From Octopus sinensis (taxonomy: Eukaryota), in assembly GCF_006345805.1 (NCBI RefSeq), contig NC_043013.1:15686001-15750000 (forward strand): a stretch of DNA of 64,000 bases, read 5' to 3'. Under the pieces are notes generated by a model, which worked only from the letters and a program-made list of their open reading frames with translations, made no database searches and was not told the DNA's origin. Shown here one piece after another: positions 27,861-41,001 of this stretch. A program made the translations under genes and the position numbers. Position 1 is the first letter of the stretch. Each line of letters begins with the position of its first letter.

Positions 27861-30800
27861 TTAAATAGCTCTGGGGAACCTTGGTATATATACCTGATGA
27901 CCTATAATTATTGAGCCTGGGGGGTGTATCTGAGTGAGGAGTGGCTGAGGTGAAGCCAATGGCATAAGTTGACTGGGAGCCGCGATGAGTTGATGATGAA
28001 ATGGATGGGCTGCAGCAGCTATTGGTAGCCCAGCAGCAGTTGCATGTAAGTGATGGTGGAGAGCATGGTGACCAGCCAAAGCATGGTGCGGATGGTGGTG
28101 ATGGGCTGCTCCATGAGACATCTGTGGAATGGCGATAACTGGTCCTCCAGCCTGGATTGGAAACGTGCCCTGAGACTGGAGCAACGCATTTGGAGGGATC
28201 ATTATCTGCTGCTGTTGAGAGAACGGCACCATAGGGTGGTGTGCAATGACTGGGCTACCGGCGTGTTGCGCCTGCGGTAAGAGAATCTGCTGCTGTAAGT
28301 GCTGAGGTTCAGGTTCCGGCAAAGCCAAAATTCCAGGTTGCTCATCGGTCTCTTCATCAGACACTACAGTCGAAACCTGCCCTTCCATTTCCATTGACTC
28401 ATCATCATCACTCTCTTCAACTTGGCCTGTCTCCTTCTGATGCTGACGCCTCTGTTGCTTTAATGCATGTTTCTGTGCCATCTCCTGTAAGTGCTTGTAC
28501 TGCTCTGCCTGTTCTGGAGGGATGATAGGGAGTGGCATTGGCGAGATATCTTCACAGCTCTTTTTCTCATCCTCTTTCTTGGGTGGAGGGGGTGGTTGGG
28601 GTGGGGGCGACTTAGGGGGTGGAAGAGGTGGTGTCATTTCCTTCTCCACAGCCTCCACAACTAAAGGCAGCAAACTGGGGGTGGCTGGCAGGCTTTGTAT
28701 ATTTTGTTCTATTGCAGGTTTTACAACAACACTACCATCCTTGGTCTGTTCCAGGCGTGTCACCGACCGAGGTGTGAATGGTAGCGGCGTTCTTGGAGGA
28801 GGTGGCGGAGGTGGAACATTCATGGGTGTTGGCTCCCGAGTGGGCAGGCTGAGGTGGCCATACAATGACGGTGCCCCCATTCTGGTAGGTGGCAGTGCAG
28901 GCATGTTCATGTTGAGTGGTGGCGGTGGGGGAGGAGGGGGTGGTGGGCAGGTAGGAATGATGGCCGCAGAGGGTGGTGGCTGCGAGAGGTCAGGTAGAGG
29001 ATGCAAGAGATTATCATTTGCAGCAGCTGGGAAGCGCGGTGGAGGTATGAGTTGGGGAGGGGGAGGGGGTGGGCGTGTTTGATTTTCGGGTGTCAAGTGG
29101 GCAGCCTCTGCCACTTGGAAAGGAGGCAAGGGAATATTTTTCAAGCCACCACTGCTTGGTTTTGCATCACTGTTGTTGCTCTGCCCAGCTGTGTCAGCCT
29201 TGCTAGTGACACTGGTGGTTGCAGTGCTAGCTTCACTGACAGGTGTAGCTGACTTGGTACTTTCTCCTGGGGAACTTTTCCCTTTACTTTTGTCCTGTTG
29301 GTCACTTCCACCATCTTTGATATCACCAGGCATTGGAATTTTAGCAGGATCAAGCTTACCACTTTTATCATTGTCACTCTTTTTACTCTGAAGACTTTGA
29401 GAATATTTTTTGGTCGAGTAAGAAGAACTGTATCTGGGTTCTGGACTACTTTTGTGTCTGTAATCTGATTTAGATTTGTGGGGTGAGCGTGACTTTGAAT
29501 GAGACTTATGATACGACCGTGACCTTGATCGCGACCTCGAGTAGGAGGAAGATTTGGAGTGTGATCGTGAGTAGGAATATGAGCGAGAGCGACCCCGTGA
29601 CTCTGATCGACTTCTTGACCGGCTACTGCTGCTAGTGTATGACCGGTGTTCACTGGAATAGGATCTGTATCTTCTAGAATGACTGTACGAGCTGGAACGA
29701 GTTCGAGACCGGTGCCGGCTGCAAGAGCGTGATGCCGTACGCCTGCGCCTGTAACGATAGTCGTCTTCCGAATAACTACTGTAGGAGTAACGTCGACCTC
29801 TGTGAGAACCATGTCTTTCGTAGGACACTGACCGTGATCGTGACCTCGATCGAGAATTGCTGGATGAATGTGACCTAGAGTGCCTATGTTTTGATTTGTC
29901 TGAATAATGCGAGTCTCTATCGCTGTAAGATGAGCTATAAGAATGTTCCCTGCTTCGACACTGACTCTCACTGTGATGACTCTCACCAGAATAACATTTC
30001 TTTCGTTTGTAGCTTTTCTGTACAGAGCAAGAAGGCTGATCCGTATCACTTCCAGAGCTTTGATGATAATTTTCAATACGGGAGTCAACTTTCGAACTTG
30101 AAAATGCACTTTTATTATTACTATTATTGTTATTACTATTATTGTTGTTGTTGCTATTATTATTATTTTTATTATTTTCTTTTTTATCGGTCTGTATAGA
30201 TTCATCACCATTCTTCTTTCTCTTAAAGACTTCACTGTTATTTTTAGACTTCAAACATGAATTAACAGGGGATTCAACATCACTATCACTGCTTGTGTCC
30301 CATGATGCTTTGTTCCCTTCCGGGTCGAAGCGAGCTTCAAATAGATTTTCCATTTTACTCCATGTGTCTTCTTCACTCTTTATACAAGGATTTTTAGATG
30401 CTTTCCTCTTACTTAAAGGGGAATCAGTATCACCAGAATGGCGCTTCCTCTCGCTGCTAGAACCAGCCTTTACACAAACAGTTTCTTCTTTTGAAATTTT
30501 CTTACAATCATCCATAGATTCAAATAAAGAACCAGAAGTACCAACGCTCACAGGCCTTTTCTTACTTACATCAGGTTTTTCCTCTTCACCCATAGAAATG
30601 GCAGTAGTAGTAGCAGCAGCAGTGGACTGCTTAGAGTCCAGCTCAGGTAATTCACTTCGATCAACACCTACTAATTTAACTTTGGTTTTGTGAACTTTGG
30701 TGACCTTACTATTATCAGATGCTGCTGCTGTAGTTTCTTCTTCTGAAGAAACATTACCACTTTCAGATTTCAGTTGTGATTTTCTTTTCTTCAACTGTTT

Positions 30801-31794
30801 ATTTTTCAGACCGATGCCATATGGACCTGTAGTTTCCTCTTCGCTCTCATGGCCACTTTGGGATTGCTTCTCAAACTCATCACTTTTGTGCCTTTTCTTC
30901 TTGGATTTTCTTGACTTGTGTTTTTTATGTTTGCTTTTATGTGAACTCTTGTTCCGAACTGCTTCACCACCGTCTCCTAACTCAGTATCAGACTTGGTGC
31001 CAGATTGATGAGATCGTTTCTTTTTCTTCTTATGTCTTTTATTCTTCCCACTTTCCACAGACACATTCTTATTATCATCTTTGCCAGAAACACCTTCCTC
31101 TGTTTTATGCTCTTTCTTCTTGTGTTTCTTTTTCTTCTTCTTCTTTGCTTTTGGTTCATCTTCATCAGAGTGATGTTGAGTGGACAATTTTCGCTTTTTC
31201 TTCTTAGACTTCCTTGCCAATGGCTTACTTTCCTTCAGTTCATCCTTGTTAGTGAAGCTATTTACCTCCACCTTCACAGTTGACATCTCCTCACTTTTCC
31301 CTTTTACTTTAGTTTTAGAAACATCATCGCTTTTCTGAGATTTATTCTTCGGTAATAATTCACTGAAGTCAAAGAAGAGAGGATTACAGCTATAGGTTAT
31401 GGGGGGCTGAGTCTTTGTATACTGGATCATTTCAACAGGCCAGTCTAACTCAAGGGTTTGTTCTTTGTTAAGAACTTTTAAAAATGGCATTCCAGCAGGT
31501 GGCAATTCTTTAGCAGCTGGCTTCTCTTCAGAAGACTTCTCAGACTTTTCTGCATCACCTTTCTCAACACTATCACTGGTTTCTTCAGCTGCTTTAATTT
31601 CTTTAGGTTCTCTCTCACTTTCACCAGAATGTAACAGTTTTTCATCTCTTTCCTTACCAAATGGAACCGAAGATGATAACTTTTGCCCCATTTTTCGACA
31701 AAAAGAGAATGAAATGGCACTTTTAGATCCTTCACTGTCATCCAATACATCACAGCTCTCTTCTGCCCCAGTGGAATCTGGTGGATGTTGTTCC
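27861..31794 (-). CDS. GPATCH8: G patch domain-containing protein 8 / ZNF804-family protein, terminal coding exon
   Basis: Acceptor ttttttctctcattag|G at 31794, open to TAA at 27861; [46 protein letters not shown] matches the recalled human GPATCH8 [53 protein letters not shown] resembles GVSFSFAKK; Lys-rich, RS, Pro-rich and His-rich regions in the same order as GPATCH8. Confidence 0.85.
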
Positions 31795-31984
31795 CTAATG
31801 AGAGAAAAAAAAAATTGTAGTAATTAAAGTGCCAGACTAGTATGAAATACAAGAAAACATTATAAAACACAAACTTGATGCAAAGGTATAAAGGTCTTGT
31901 ATATGATCAATGTTTCTGCAATGTGTATACAGTAAAAATACATGCCTGCAATGGGTAAATAATCAAAGCAAATGTCTGTTATAG

Positions 31985-32290
31985 TAGCATAGCTAGGTGC
32001 TTAAGTTTGCATCCCAACCAAGTTGTTTAGGGTTCAGTCCCACTACACAGCACCTTGGACAAGTATCTTAGAAGGAAATTGAAAGAAGCCCATCAAGTGC
32101 ATGTTCTCTGATCTTGAGAGTCACTGCCATATAAGTTATGTCATTTGTTTCCAATCTTCCATGAAACGACGTCCAGCCATGGTCAGAATTTATGACAGGA
32201 AAGACACTTCGCTGTAGAAAATCTGCTTTAGCACACACACATACAATCTTCCCCATGAGCATGGAAGATTGGATATTGAAATGATGATTA
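31985..32290 (+). mobile_element. Old SINE with family A head and RTE-like 3' tail
   Basis: gggttcagtcccactacacagcaccttggacaag...gaaattgaaagaagccc...gctgtagaaaatctgc...catgagcatggaagattggatattgaaatgatgat. Confidence 0.55.
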
Positions 32291-32530
32291 TATATATATA
32301 TAAAGTTTAGTGTTCTGTTATGGTAAGATCAACAAAAACAGTACTGCATCAAGTAAGAGATAAACATCATTTAATGTACACAATATAAAGATATGAGCTA
32401 CTAATAGTTGCTTGTTTTGGAGATGCAGGTCTACTGCTTGGAGGCACAAGGTATGTTATTAAAACCTACATAGACCTGCATCTCCAAAGCAAAAAACTTT
32501 TTACTGTGTACATTAAATGATCTTATATAT

Positions 32531-32757
32531 AATGTGTATACAGCCATACCAAATGTCTGCTGTGTATATAGACATACTAAATGTCCATTATGTGCACATT
32601 ACCACACCAAATGTCTGCTATGCACACACAGCCATATCCACTTTACGTATATTTCCATACCAAATATGTGCTATGCATATAGAGCCATACCACAAGTTTG
32701 CAATGTGTATACAAACATATTAAATAACTGCTATGTGCATAGTCATACCAGATGCCT
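32531..32757. repeat. Degenerate 28-30 bp minisatellite, about 8 units
   Basis: catac-like cores at 32545, 32573, 32603, 32633, 32656, 32686, 32716 and 32744. Confidence 0.7.
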
Positions 32758-32952
32758 TGTGAGTGAAATTTTGAAGGTGGGCACTACCACAAATCCCAAC
32801 ATATGTGCATGTACACATATGTACGTTACTAGTTATGGGGTGAACAAAATTGGTTCATCAAACAGAACTACTTTGCAGCATTTAGTTCTGAATCAAAGGA
32901 TGACTTTACCTTACTTTAAGTGCAAGGCAATGTACTGCAGTCATACAAGTGA

Positions 32953-33215
32953 CATCATCATCATCATCGTTTAGCATCCACTTTCCATGCTAGCATGGGT
33001 TGGACGGTTCAACGGGGGTCTGGGAAGCCAGAAGGCTGCACCAGGCCCAGTTTGATCTGGCAATGTTTCTATGGCTGGATGCCCTTCCTAACGCCAACCA
33101 CTCCATGAGTGTAGTGGGTGCTTTTTACGTGCCACCGGCACAGGTGCCAGACGAGTCTGGCAAACGGCGACGATCGGATGGTGCTTTTTATGTGCCACCG
33201 ACACGGGGGCCAGAA
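32953..33215 (-). mobile_element. RTE-type 3' end (LINE or RTE-tailed SINE) with (GAT)n tail
   Basis: catcatcatcatcgtttagcatccactttccatgctagcatgggttggacgg...ggctggatgcccttcctaacgccaacc; reverse complement of the tail at 22340-22480. Confidence 0.75.
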
Positions 33216-33309
33216 AAAAAAAATTAAAGACAGTGCCTTAGTATGGCCCCAATTCAATGATTAAAAACCAGTTAATAAAAAACATAAAAGACAAAAGGAA
33301 AAAACTTAC

Positions 33310-34754
33310 TTTTCTTTAGTTTCAGTACATGAAGATTGTAACTGTCCACTGACAGAAGCAACTGGAGTAGAATTTGGTAAACTTGTAGAAATAGTTCCAC
33401 TTGGTTTGAGGCTTGCTTTTATAGCAGTAGCAGTATTAGTGGTGGTGGTGATGATTAACTTGTCGTTTGTAATAGATGAGCTGGAAGATGGCACTGTATG
33501 TACTGCTGTGCTACTTGCAACTTTTACAATACTGTTCGACTTAGTACTACTACTACTAGCTACATTTACTTGACTGTTCTCAGAAAACTTAGTAGCACCA
33601 ACATTGGCACTTTTATTAGTAGTAGTATTATTATTATTGCTGATCTTTTTAGTGACATCTAAATCAAGAGTAGAGTTACTTGTGTTCACCTGTGTTTTTG
33701 TTTCACTAATCACTTTGTTTGATTCAGGTTTTGATTTTACCAAATTCCTCCCATTGTTGGCCTTGCCACTATTTCCATCTGATGCTAATGCCTTGCTTTT
33801 AGAGTTGGTAAAAGTCACATTATTTTTAATATTAACATTATTAATAGTTGTAGTAGTAGTTGTGGTTGGAGTTGTAGTAGTAGTAGTAGTTGCTGTAGTA
33901 GTTGTAGTAGATGAAGTACTAGTAGTAGTAGTCATAGTAGTAGTAGTAGTAGTATTAGAATTCGCTTTGACATTCTGCTTGCTAGAACCTGCAATCTTTG
34001 GATTCACAATATTAGAAACACTGGACATAATTAGCTGATTACCCTTAGTTCCAGGACATGTTGGTCGCATCAAAGGAGAACCACTTGGTCGCACAAGTAT
34101 TCCACCCACTGATCGGGGGGTGTTGAATCTGTTCACCATACCCATCTGTCTGGCATTCCTCACATTGCCCATTGGAACATTTGGTCTACCATATAAATTG
34201 CCTTGTACACAAACACCTGGTCGAGGTGTATTGAAGTTGGAGCCAGGATTTCGAACCCTTGGTGGAGTAGAACCAGGAAATATATTCCCAGGGTTCGGAA
34301 CAACTGGTCTCATGTTTGTAAAAGCTGAATTACGTCTCATAGTTTTTGAATTATCATTAGGTCTTAAAGGTGGAGGAACAATAGGAGTTGGTCTTGTGAG
34401 AATCTTTCCTTTGGTAATACAACTAGTATTGACTAGTTGGACATTTCCTCTTCCAACAAAGCTTCCGTCCTTTCTTCCTGAGGCAGCTGTTATCGTACAA
34501 CTAGTAGTAACTGGCACAGCAGTACTTCCAGCTTTTTTGCAGTTTGTCTTGACAGCAGAACAGCTGCTAGCTGCACTTCCTTCTAAGTCACTTGTTCGGC
34601 AAGGCCCATCGTTTTTCTTTGTTGCAGTTTCAACAGATTGAGCCACTGTAGGTTTTTGGGCAACAGCATTAAGTTTGCCATCGCTTCTGTTATTGCTGCT
34701 GGCAACATTCAGACTGGTACACTGAAGAATAGTTCCTTGGTTACCAATAATTTT
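33310..34754 (-). CDS. GPATCH8: GPATCH8-like penultimate coding exon (1445 nt; low-complexity Thr/Ser/Asn- and Pro/Arg/Gly-rich)
   Basis: Acceptor cttcttttctcttcag|AAA at 34754 (phase 0); open frame KIIGNQGTILQ...TETKE(K); donor gtaagt joins in frame to the terminal exon. Confidence 0.75.
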
Positions 34755-36157
34755 CTGAAGAGAAAAGAAGGTAATACAAATATTAAGAATATGTTGAAAT
34801 AATTTATTTTTGTTTTTCGTTTTATATAAGGTTAATTAAAAATTTTGTAGCAAACAAATTCATAAAAACATACAAAGAGCTTAAAAAGAAATAACCCCGC
34901 CTCCCTCCAAATAACATAAATCATGAAAAGCACATTGTAGGGGGTTTTAGTAAATGATTCTTAAATGCAAATAAATGCTAGTTTAATGGGAAAATATTTT
35001 CTTTTTGGAATATATGCACAAAAATATATACCAACAAAAATATAGTGGGATGGAAAAGAAAAACATCACCCAGCCAAGAAATATGAATTAATTAGTCATT
35101 ACTGAAGACAGTATATCCCTCAATGACACATCGTTGATAGTTTATAATATTTCAGTATAATTCTTTTAGAGAACAAAATCAGAAAATAAAATGAAGATTA
35201 AATCTACAATAAGTTAAAAAAAAAAAAAATTGTTCTTAAAAAATCTTAATGACAATTCATCCCATTTCTAGATTAACCTCACCTCTTTTAGAACCCCACC
35301 CAAATTTTTGTACCATTAATCCATATTTAAACAGGTTTCCACAGAAAATCATGTCAGTCTAAAAGTTACCAAAATTTGGTGCTATTTTTTTGGAGAACAC
35401 TCAAAGATGAATTGTTTTATATATATATATAAAGACGTGAAAACAAATTTTACCATAGAATTAAATATAGTTCTGTCATTACTTTTGATGAAATGTCATT
35501 CTTCCCCTTCCCCGTTTAAAATGCACTACTGTTCTACAATAATTCTATAAATTTTATTATACTTTTCTTTGCACAATTGTCATGTAGGGATATATGCTGA
35601 GATTGGAAGGGGATAACCTGAGCAAGATCACACACACAAACATACACTTTTGTGTGTATATGTATGTATGTGTAAACATTTTTAACATTAATCAAGGAGA
35701 GAAAATTTGACACAAACCGACTTCTAAAATGCTTTATTTCTTTAATGATACTATGAAGGAGTGAAAGAAAAAAAAAAAACAAAAACAGAAAGAAACATGC
35801 AAACTTATTTATTTATTTATGGAGAAGAAAGTGTACGTGTATGAATGTGTGTGCATGTCTGAGTGTGTGCTGGTGGCATATAGATTCTTTGGGGTCATTT
35901 TACAAATTTTATTTCTTCAACCACAACTCAATTATAAATTAAAGAAAATATATTTGATATGCCAAAAACTTAATTGCAATGAAGACAAACAAATGTTGAC
36001 TTCATTTTTTCAGTCTTATGATTTTGCACAAAACAACACTTTTATATTACCTCACTCTCTTACCCACTTGTGGGCGCGCGCACACACACACACACACACT
36101 CTTTCTCTCTCCATCTCACTTACATACATTGTCTGCTTGTCTCTCTCTTTCACTCAT

Positions 36158-36192
<35 letters not shown>

Positions 36193-36675
36193 GAGGAACA
36201 AGACACTTGATTTTAAGAATTTTGTTTTTTGAATTTGTTTTTGCACTGTGAAATATCAAATTGAGAAACTGAGATGTTTCCATAAACCACAATAATGGTG
36301 GTGGTGATAACGGTTGACAGAAATGACGGTTCCAATGTCAAATTAAAATTCAATAAGAAGGGAAAAAAAGGGGGCAGGAGCAAACAAATTATAATTTGTG
36401 TTTGTTGTTCAATGACTGTTGCAAATGTTCACTCCCTTATTATTCCAGTTTATGAAAACATTTCAGTTTAATGTTCAAAATTTCAAACTAAAAAAAGAAA
36501 AGTTTAAATAAAAACTCCCACAAACATTATATATATATATACATAGATATATATGTATGTATATAATCAGGTCAAACAGTGATTAGTAAAATAATTAGAT
36601 AAGCCCAAATGTCTATGTGATAAAAAAAAAATACAGCAAGCAAATCTACAAAATGTCAGCTATGTCATATATATG

Positions 36676-36717
<42 letters not shown>

Positions 36718-37249
36718 TATATACATATCATATACAGGAAGATGAAAGGTGAGTGTGTAATGTTAAAAGAGAGAGATGGAATGGAAAGGGCTAAAAATAC
36801 AAGTGCTCAGATGGACCGATCGCAATCAAAGTTCCCAACTTTTGAAGCAGAAAGAAGATTAAAAGAATACTGGTGGAGGATTAAAACAAAACAAAACTTT
36901 AAAAAAAAACAAAAAAAAAAAACAAAACAAACAAATGAACAAACAAAAAGCTGCCTGACAATAAGAGGATTAAATCATTATTCATGCAATAAAAGAGGTA
37001 GTGGTGGTAGTGATGGGTGAGAAACAGTTAGGTGAAACAAGCTTTCCAGCAGAAATGTAGACTTTGAACCACTAAAACAGCAAAGTAGCATCTAATACAG
37101 TTGAAATATAGAAAACAAATTATAACTGGAAAATATCACAAGACTCTGAGATTCGTTGTTCCTATGAGAGTCTTGGTAATTGATTTATTGTATCTGATAT
37201 TTAAAGTAAAATATACTTTCACATGTAATAACAATAATAATAATAATTT

Positions 37250-37800
37250 CAAATTTTGGCACAATGCCAATTGCTTTAGGGGAAAGGGGTTAGTAGATGC
37301 CATCCAACTTCAGTGTTCAACTGGCACTTATTTTATTGACCCTGAAATGATGAAAGACAAAGATGAACCAACAGAATTTGAACAAAATGAATCAGAAGAA
37401 AATCTGTAGAACATTTTGTCAGATTCTGCCAGTTTGTTGAATAATAATGATGGTTTAAAATTTTGGCATAAGATCGGCAATTTTAGAGGGAAGACGTTAC
37501 GTTGATTACATCAACTCCATTGTTTGGCACTTTAATTTATCAACCCCAAAAGAATGAATGGTGAAGTCAATATCAGCAAGTCTTGAAATGGAAAAAATGC
37601 TGCTGAGCATTTTATCTAACATACTAATGATTCTGCCAGTCTGTTACCCGAATAATTATAGCTTCTGACTTAAGCACAAGGCAAAAAAATTTGAGGGAGC
37701 AGTTGATACCATTGACCAAAGTACTTCATTGGTACTTTATCAACCCTGAACTGCAAAACTGACCCTGGCAGTATTTGAATTCAGAATGAAATGAAAAAAA
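37250..37800 (-). mobile_element. Three head-to-tail old SINE family B copies
   Basis: Repeated aattttggc...cacttattttattgaccctgaaa...gaatttgaa...gattctgccag units at about 37250, 37455 and 37665. Confidence 0.65.
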
Positions 37801-38940
37801 AAACAGAAAAAAAGGCCCAACATTCTAACAATGTTCCCAACAGACTAATCTTGGTAATAAATTTTTTTTTTACATAATAAGGTAATGTATATGGAATAAC
37901 TGAAGTTTTACAAAGAGAATATAAGTCATCTAGCTTATTTTTTCTTTGAACTTTCATGTCCCTTAGAAGGCATCATCATCTGCAACAGCAATCAATAACA
38001 AAAATGTACTGAAAATTGTTCCTTTGGTGATTCAAAAGTTTTGAAGGAGTTTCAATTCAATCTTTTTATTTTATATTCTCCATCTTAATATTTCAAATGG
38101 TAAAACTTGAGATGTTTCCATTAACAGAATGATGGGGAAATTAAATTATATATATTCTTAAATATAGATTATGATTTAAATCATGTTTGTGCACATTTTA
38201 GCTCAGATATCAACTCTGGAACTGAAAATTGAACTCCTATCAAAAAGAAACTAATAAATTTATAAAAATAAAAAGAAAATATTTCTTTGTTTTATACAGT
38301 GAATTTTGATTCAAATTTACATATTCCAGCCCACTGCCCACTAATGTCCTCATTTTAAGATACAGAAACATCTCAGTTTTATCCATATGAAACTTTCAAC
38401 AAAATCATCTTCCCCAATGCTGGTTCAGATAAGAACAACAGAATGGGAGGAATAAAAGAAAATAAAAATAAATAAAAAAAAGCAGAGATATGATACATTT
38501 ACTTAATCGAAATAGTATTTTCTTACACAAATGACATATTGTTAGCAGGAACCCCATGTCAATTGAATATCAATGACAGAGAGTAGAAATTAACAATGTT
38601 AGGTACCTTGTGAAGAAAAGCATATTTAATAAAGAAGAGAAAGTCTTAGCTTTTTTTTATATTTTTTTTTTATTTTCCTTTCCTTGGTACACCATCAGAT
38701 AAAAATTTCTCCTACCAACAACAGTAACCACTACCAACATGTTTTGATAGTCAGAGGCAGCAACATATAGAAATCAGTGAAACAAAACTGATTTCCATTC
38801 ACCTCACACTGTCTTTGTGAGTTAATTGGATTGTTCTAGACATCCCTACATCATCATGCCCCCTTATATGAAAGGCCATTAAAAAAAAAAATCAACAGAA
38901 CCAAATGCAACAAGAGGAATTTCTAAAGATTATTATCATT

Positions 38941-39171
38941 AAGGTGGTGATCTGGCAGAATCATTATGCACACTAGGCAAAATACTTAGTGGCATTTTGT
39001 TTGTGCTCTGAGTTCAAATTTCACCATGGTCGACTTTGCCTTTCATCCTTTTGGGGTTGATGAAATAAGTACCACTTACGCACAGGGGTCAATGTATTTG
39101 ACTAGCCCCATGCCCCAAAATTTCAGGCCTTTTGCCTTTAGTAGAAAGGATTATTATTATTATTATTATTA
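38941..39171 (+). mobile_element. SINE family B with (TTA)n tail, antisense to the host gene
   Basis: aaggtggtgatctggcagaatc...gagttcaaatttcaccatggtcgactttgcctttcatccttttgggg...tagtagaaaggattattattatt. Confidence 0.8.
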
Positions 39172-41001
39172 TTTATTGCCTCTTTTCAAATTTAAATATC
39201 TAGTGTGTGCGTGTGTGTGCTAACATGGAGAAACGTGGTACTTGTTGAAGTGGGCCTTTCCTGGTACTGCCTGCACAACAGTAAGATGCAACTGGAATCA
39301 GCTACTGTCATGTCCAGAGTTACAATATAAAAGGTTGTGATAAAGTTTCTTCCCTCAGGGCTATATCATTTCATTTGCTTTCACCTTCACAACTTCAGCA
39401 GATGAAGAGATGAAACATTTCATCTTAATCAAATTAGACTTTGTTCTCAAAGAAATTTAGTAGCAAAATTTACAGTTGTATTAAATTTTCATATAGCTTG
39501 TCCTTTATAATTTACACATACATGCTTTTAAAAGCAAAATTTGGCAAAATAATAATAAAAAAAAAAACATTGAAATGAAAAGGCAAAATGTATGAAAATT
39601 GATGGTAAAAATCTACAAGAAATTATTGTAGAAAATCTGCTCATTACATATTGACAATATATGGAAGCATGAAAGAGAAGAAATGAATTAATTCTTTTTT
39701 AAAATTTTACTCAAATCATATGGTAGCTTTGAATACAAGTTGTGTAACGTTTGCTTTATGTTGAATCAAGTGATAAGTTTTTGCACCTCAATTTCATGAA
39801 ATTAGATGAAATAGTGAACACACCATGGAAGCACTAATGCAGTTTTTATTATTATTTTTTTTTTTTGTAATACACAGGGAGAGAAAAAAAATAGAAACAA
39901 AAAACACTATTGAATATAATAAATGCATAGTTTCTATATATACTAAATTGGGGTTATAATTTGACAATAATAGAGGGTCTAAAATCTAGCTCATGCTTGT
40001 ATTAAGGCAGTATATATATGTATGTATATATACATTAGGTGGGAAGAAAGAGAAACAGTTTTCTCAACAGCAATAGCAAACTATGCCTTAAGTGAGTGTT
40101 ATAGGGAACAGAATTCACAAGACAATATGGCTTACTTTACAACTGCAGTAGATAGCTATCTAGTGGTTTACCACAGACACCTGTCTAAAAGAGGAGAGGA
40201 AGCACTGGTTAAAGAAGAATCAATTGCCTACATTGCTCTAAACAATACTATACACATTCAGCTATAATACTCTGCTAGTCCAACTATATTGCATTTTGGA
40301 AACAAATATAGGAACTGGGCAGGAAAAAAAATCAATGTTTAAGAAGAATTACTATAGAAAGTGCAGCAAAATGAATAGCACACACACACATTAGTTTTCT
40401 TCCATCCACACAATTACACTTACATTACTTTTCATCCATCAACACACATGTACACACACACACATGAAATTTTCATCTGTCACAAAAAGGTCTTTTAATG
40501 AAACAATAAACCTTATAATGTAATCATGAAAAGATTAAAAAAAAACAAAAAACAAAAACAAAACAACTAAATTGAAAGAATCATGCAATCATATGTATTA
40601 CAATGTATAAAGAAAATCTATACACACATGCGAGAATGTGGCAATAACAATAGTAAAGAGGTAAAAATAGACATTGAAATATATCTGGAAACTTTTTTTT
40701 TTATACTTTTAAAATACATGCTAACACTTGTAGAAATTAAAATCATTGCTTACAGTTTATAAAACAAAAAACTGAGTAGTAACAGAAATAGACATGAACA
40801 TTTTATAATAATGCCTAGATTAAGTTTGCTTTTGTGGTATTCGATGTTATGAAACATCTTTATCATTACAAACCCCAGTACTGCTAGTATAAGGCACCCC
40901 AACATTTAACTTACGGTTTTAATGTCATAAAGAAAGCCACCTCAAGCTTTATCTGTTATTCTAAATCAGCACTGATCTAAGTGAGTTTCTTTGATACTTA
41001 A

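Larger units (their letters stand above)
31795..33309 (-). other. Last intron (1515 nt, GT-AG, phase 2)
   Basis: Donor AA|gtaagt at 33309 and acceptor cattag|G at 31795; AA+G restores Lys in frame. Confidence 0.85.

Noticed and set aside
28050-34641. Plus-strand and alternate-frame ORFs overlapping the GPATCH8 exons (for example 28495-29082, 30127-30693, 33604-34038, 29141-30235)
   Set aside because: Antisense or shifted-frame shadows of low-complexity coding sequence
40022-40267. 81-aa plus-strand ORF with protein-like composition
   Set aside because: No recognisable motif or plus-strand gene context; length is compatible with chance
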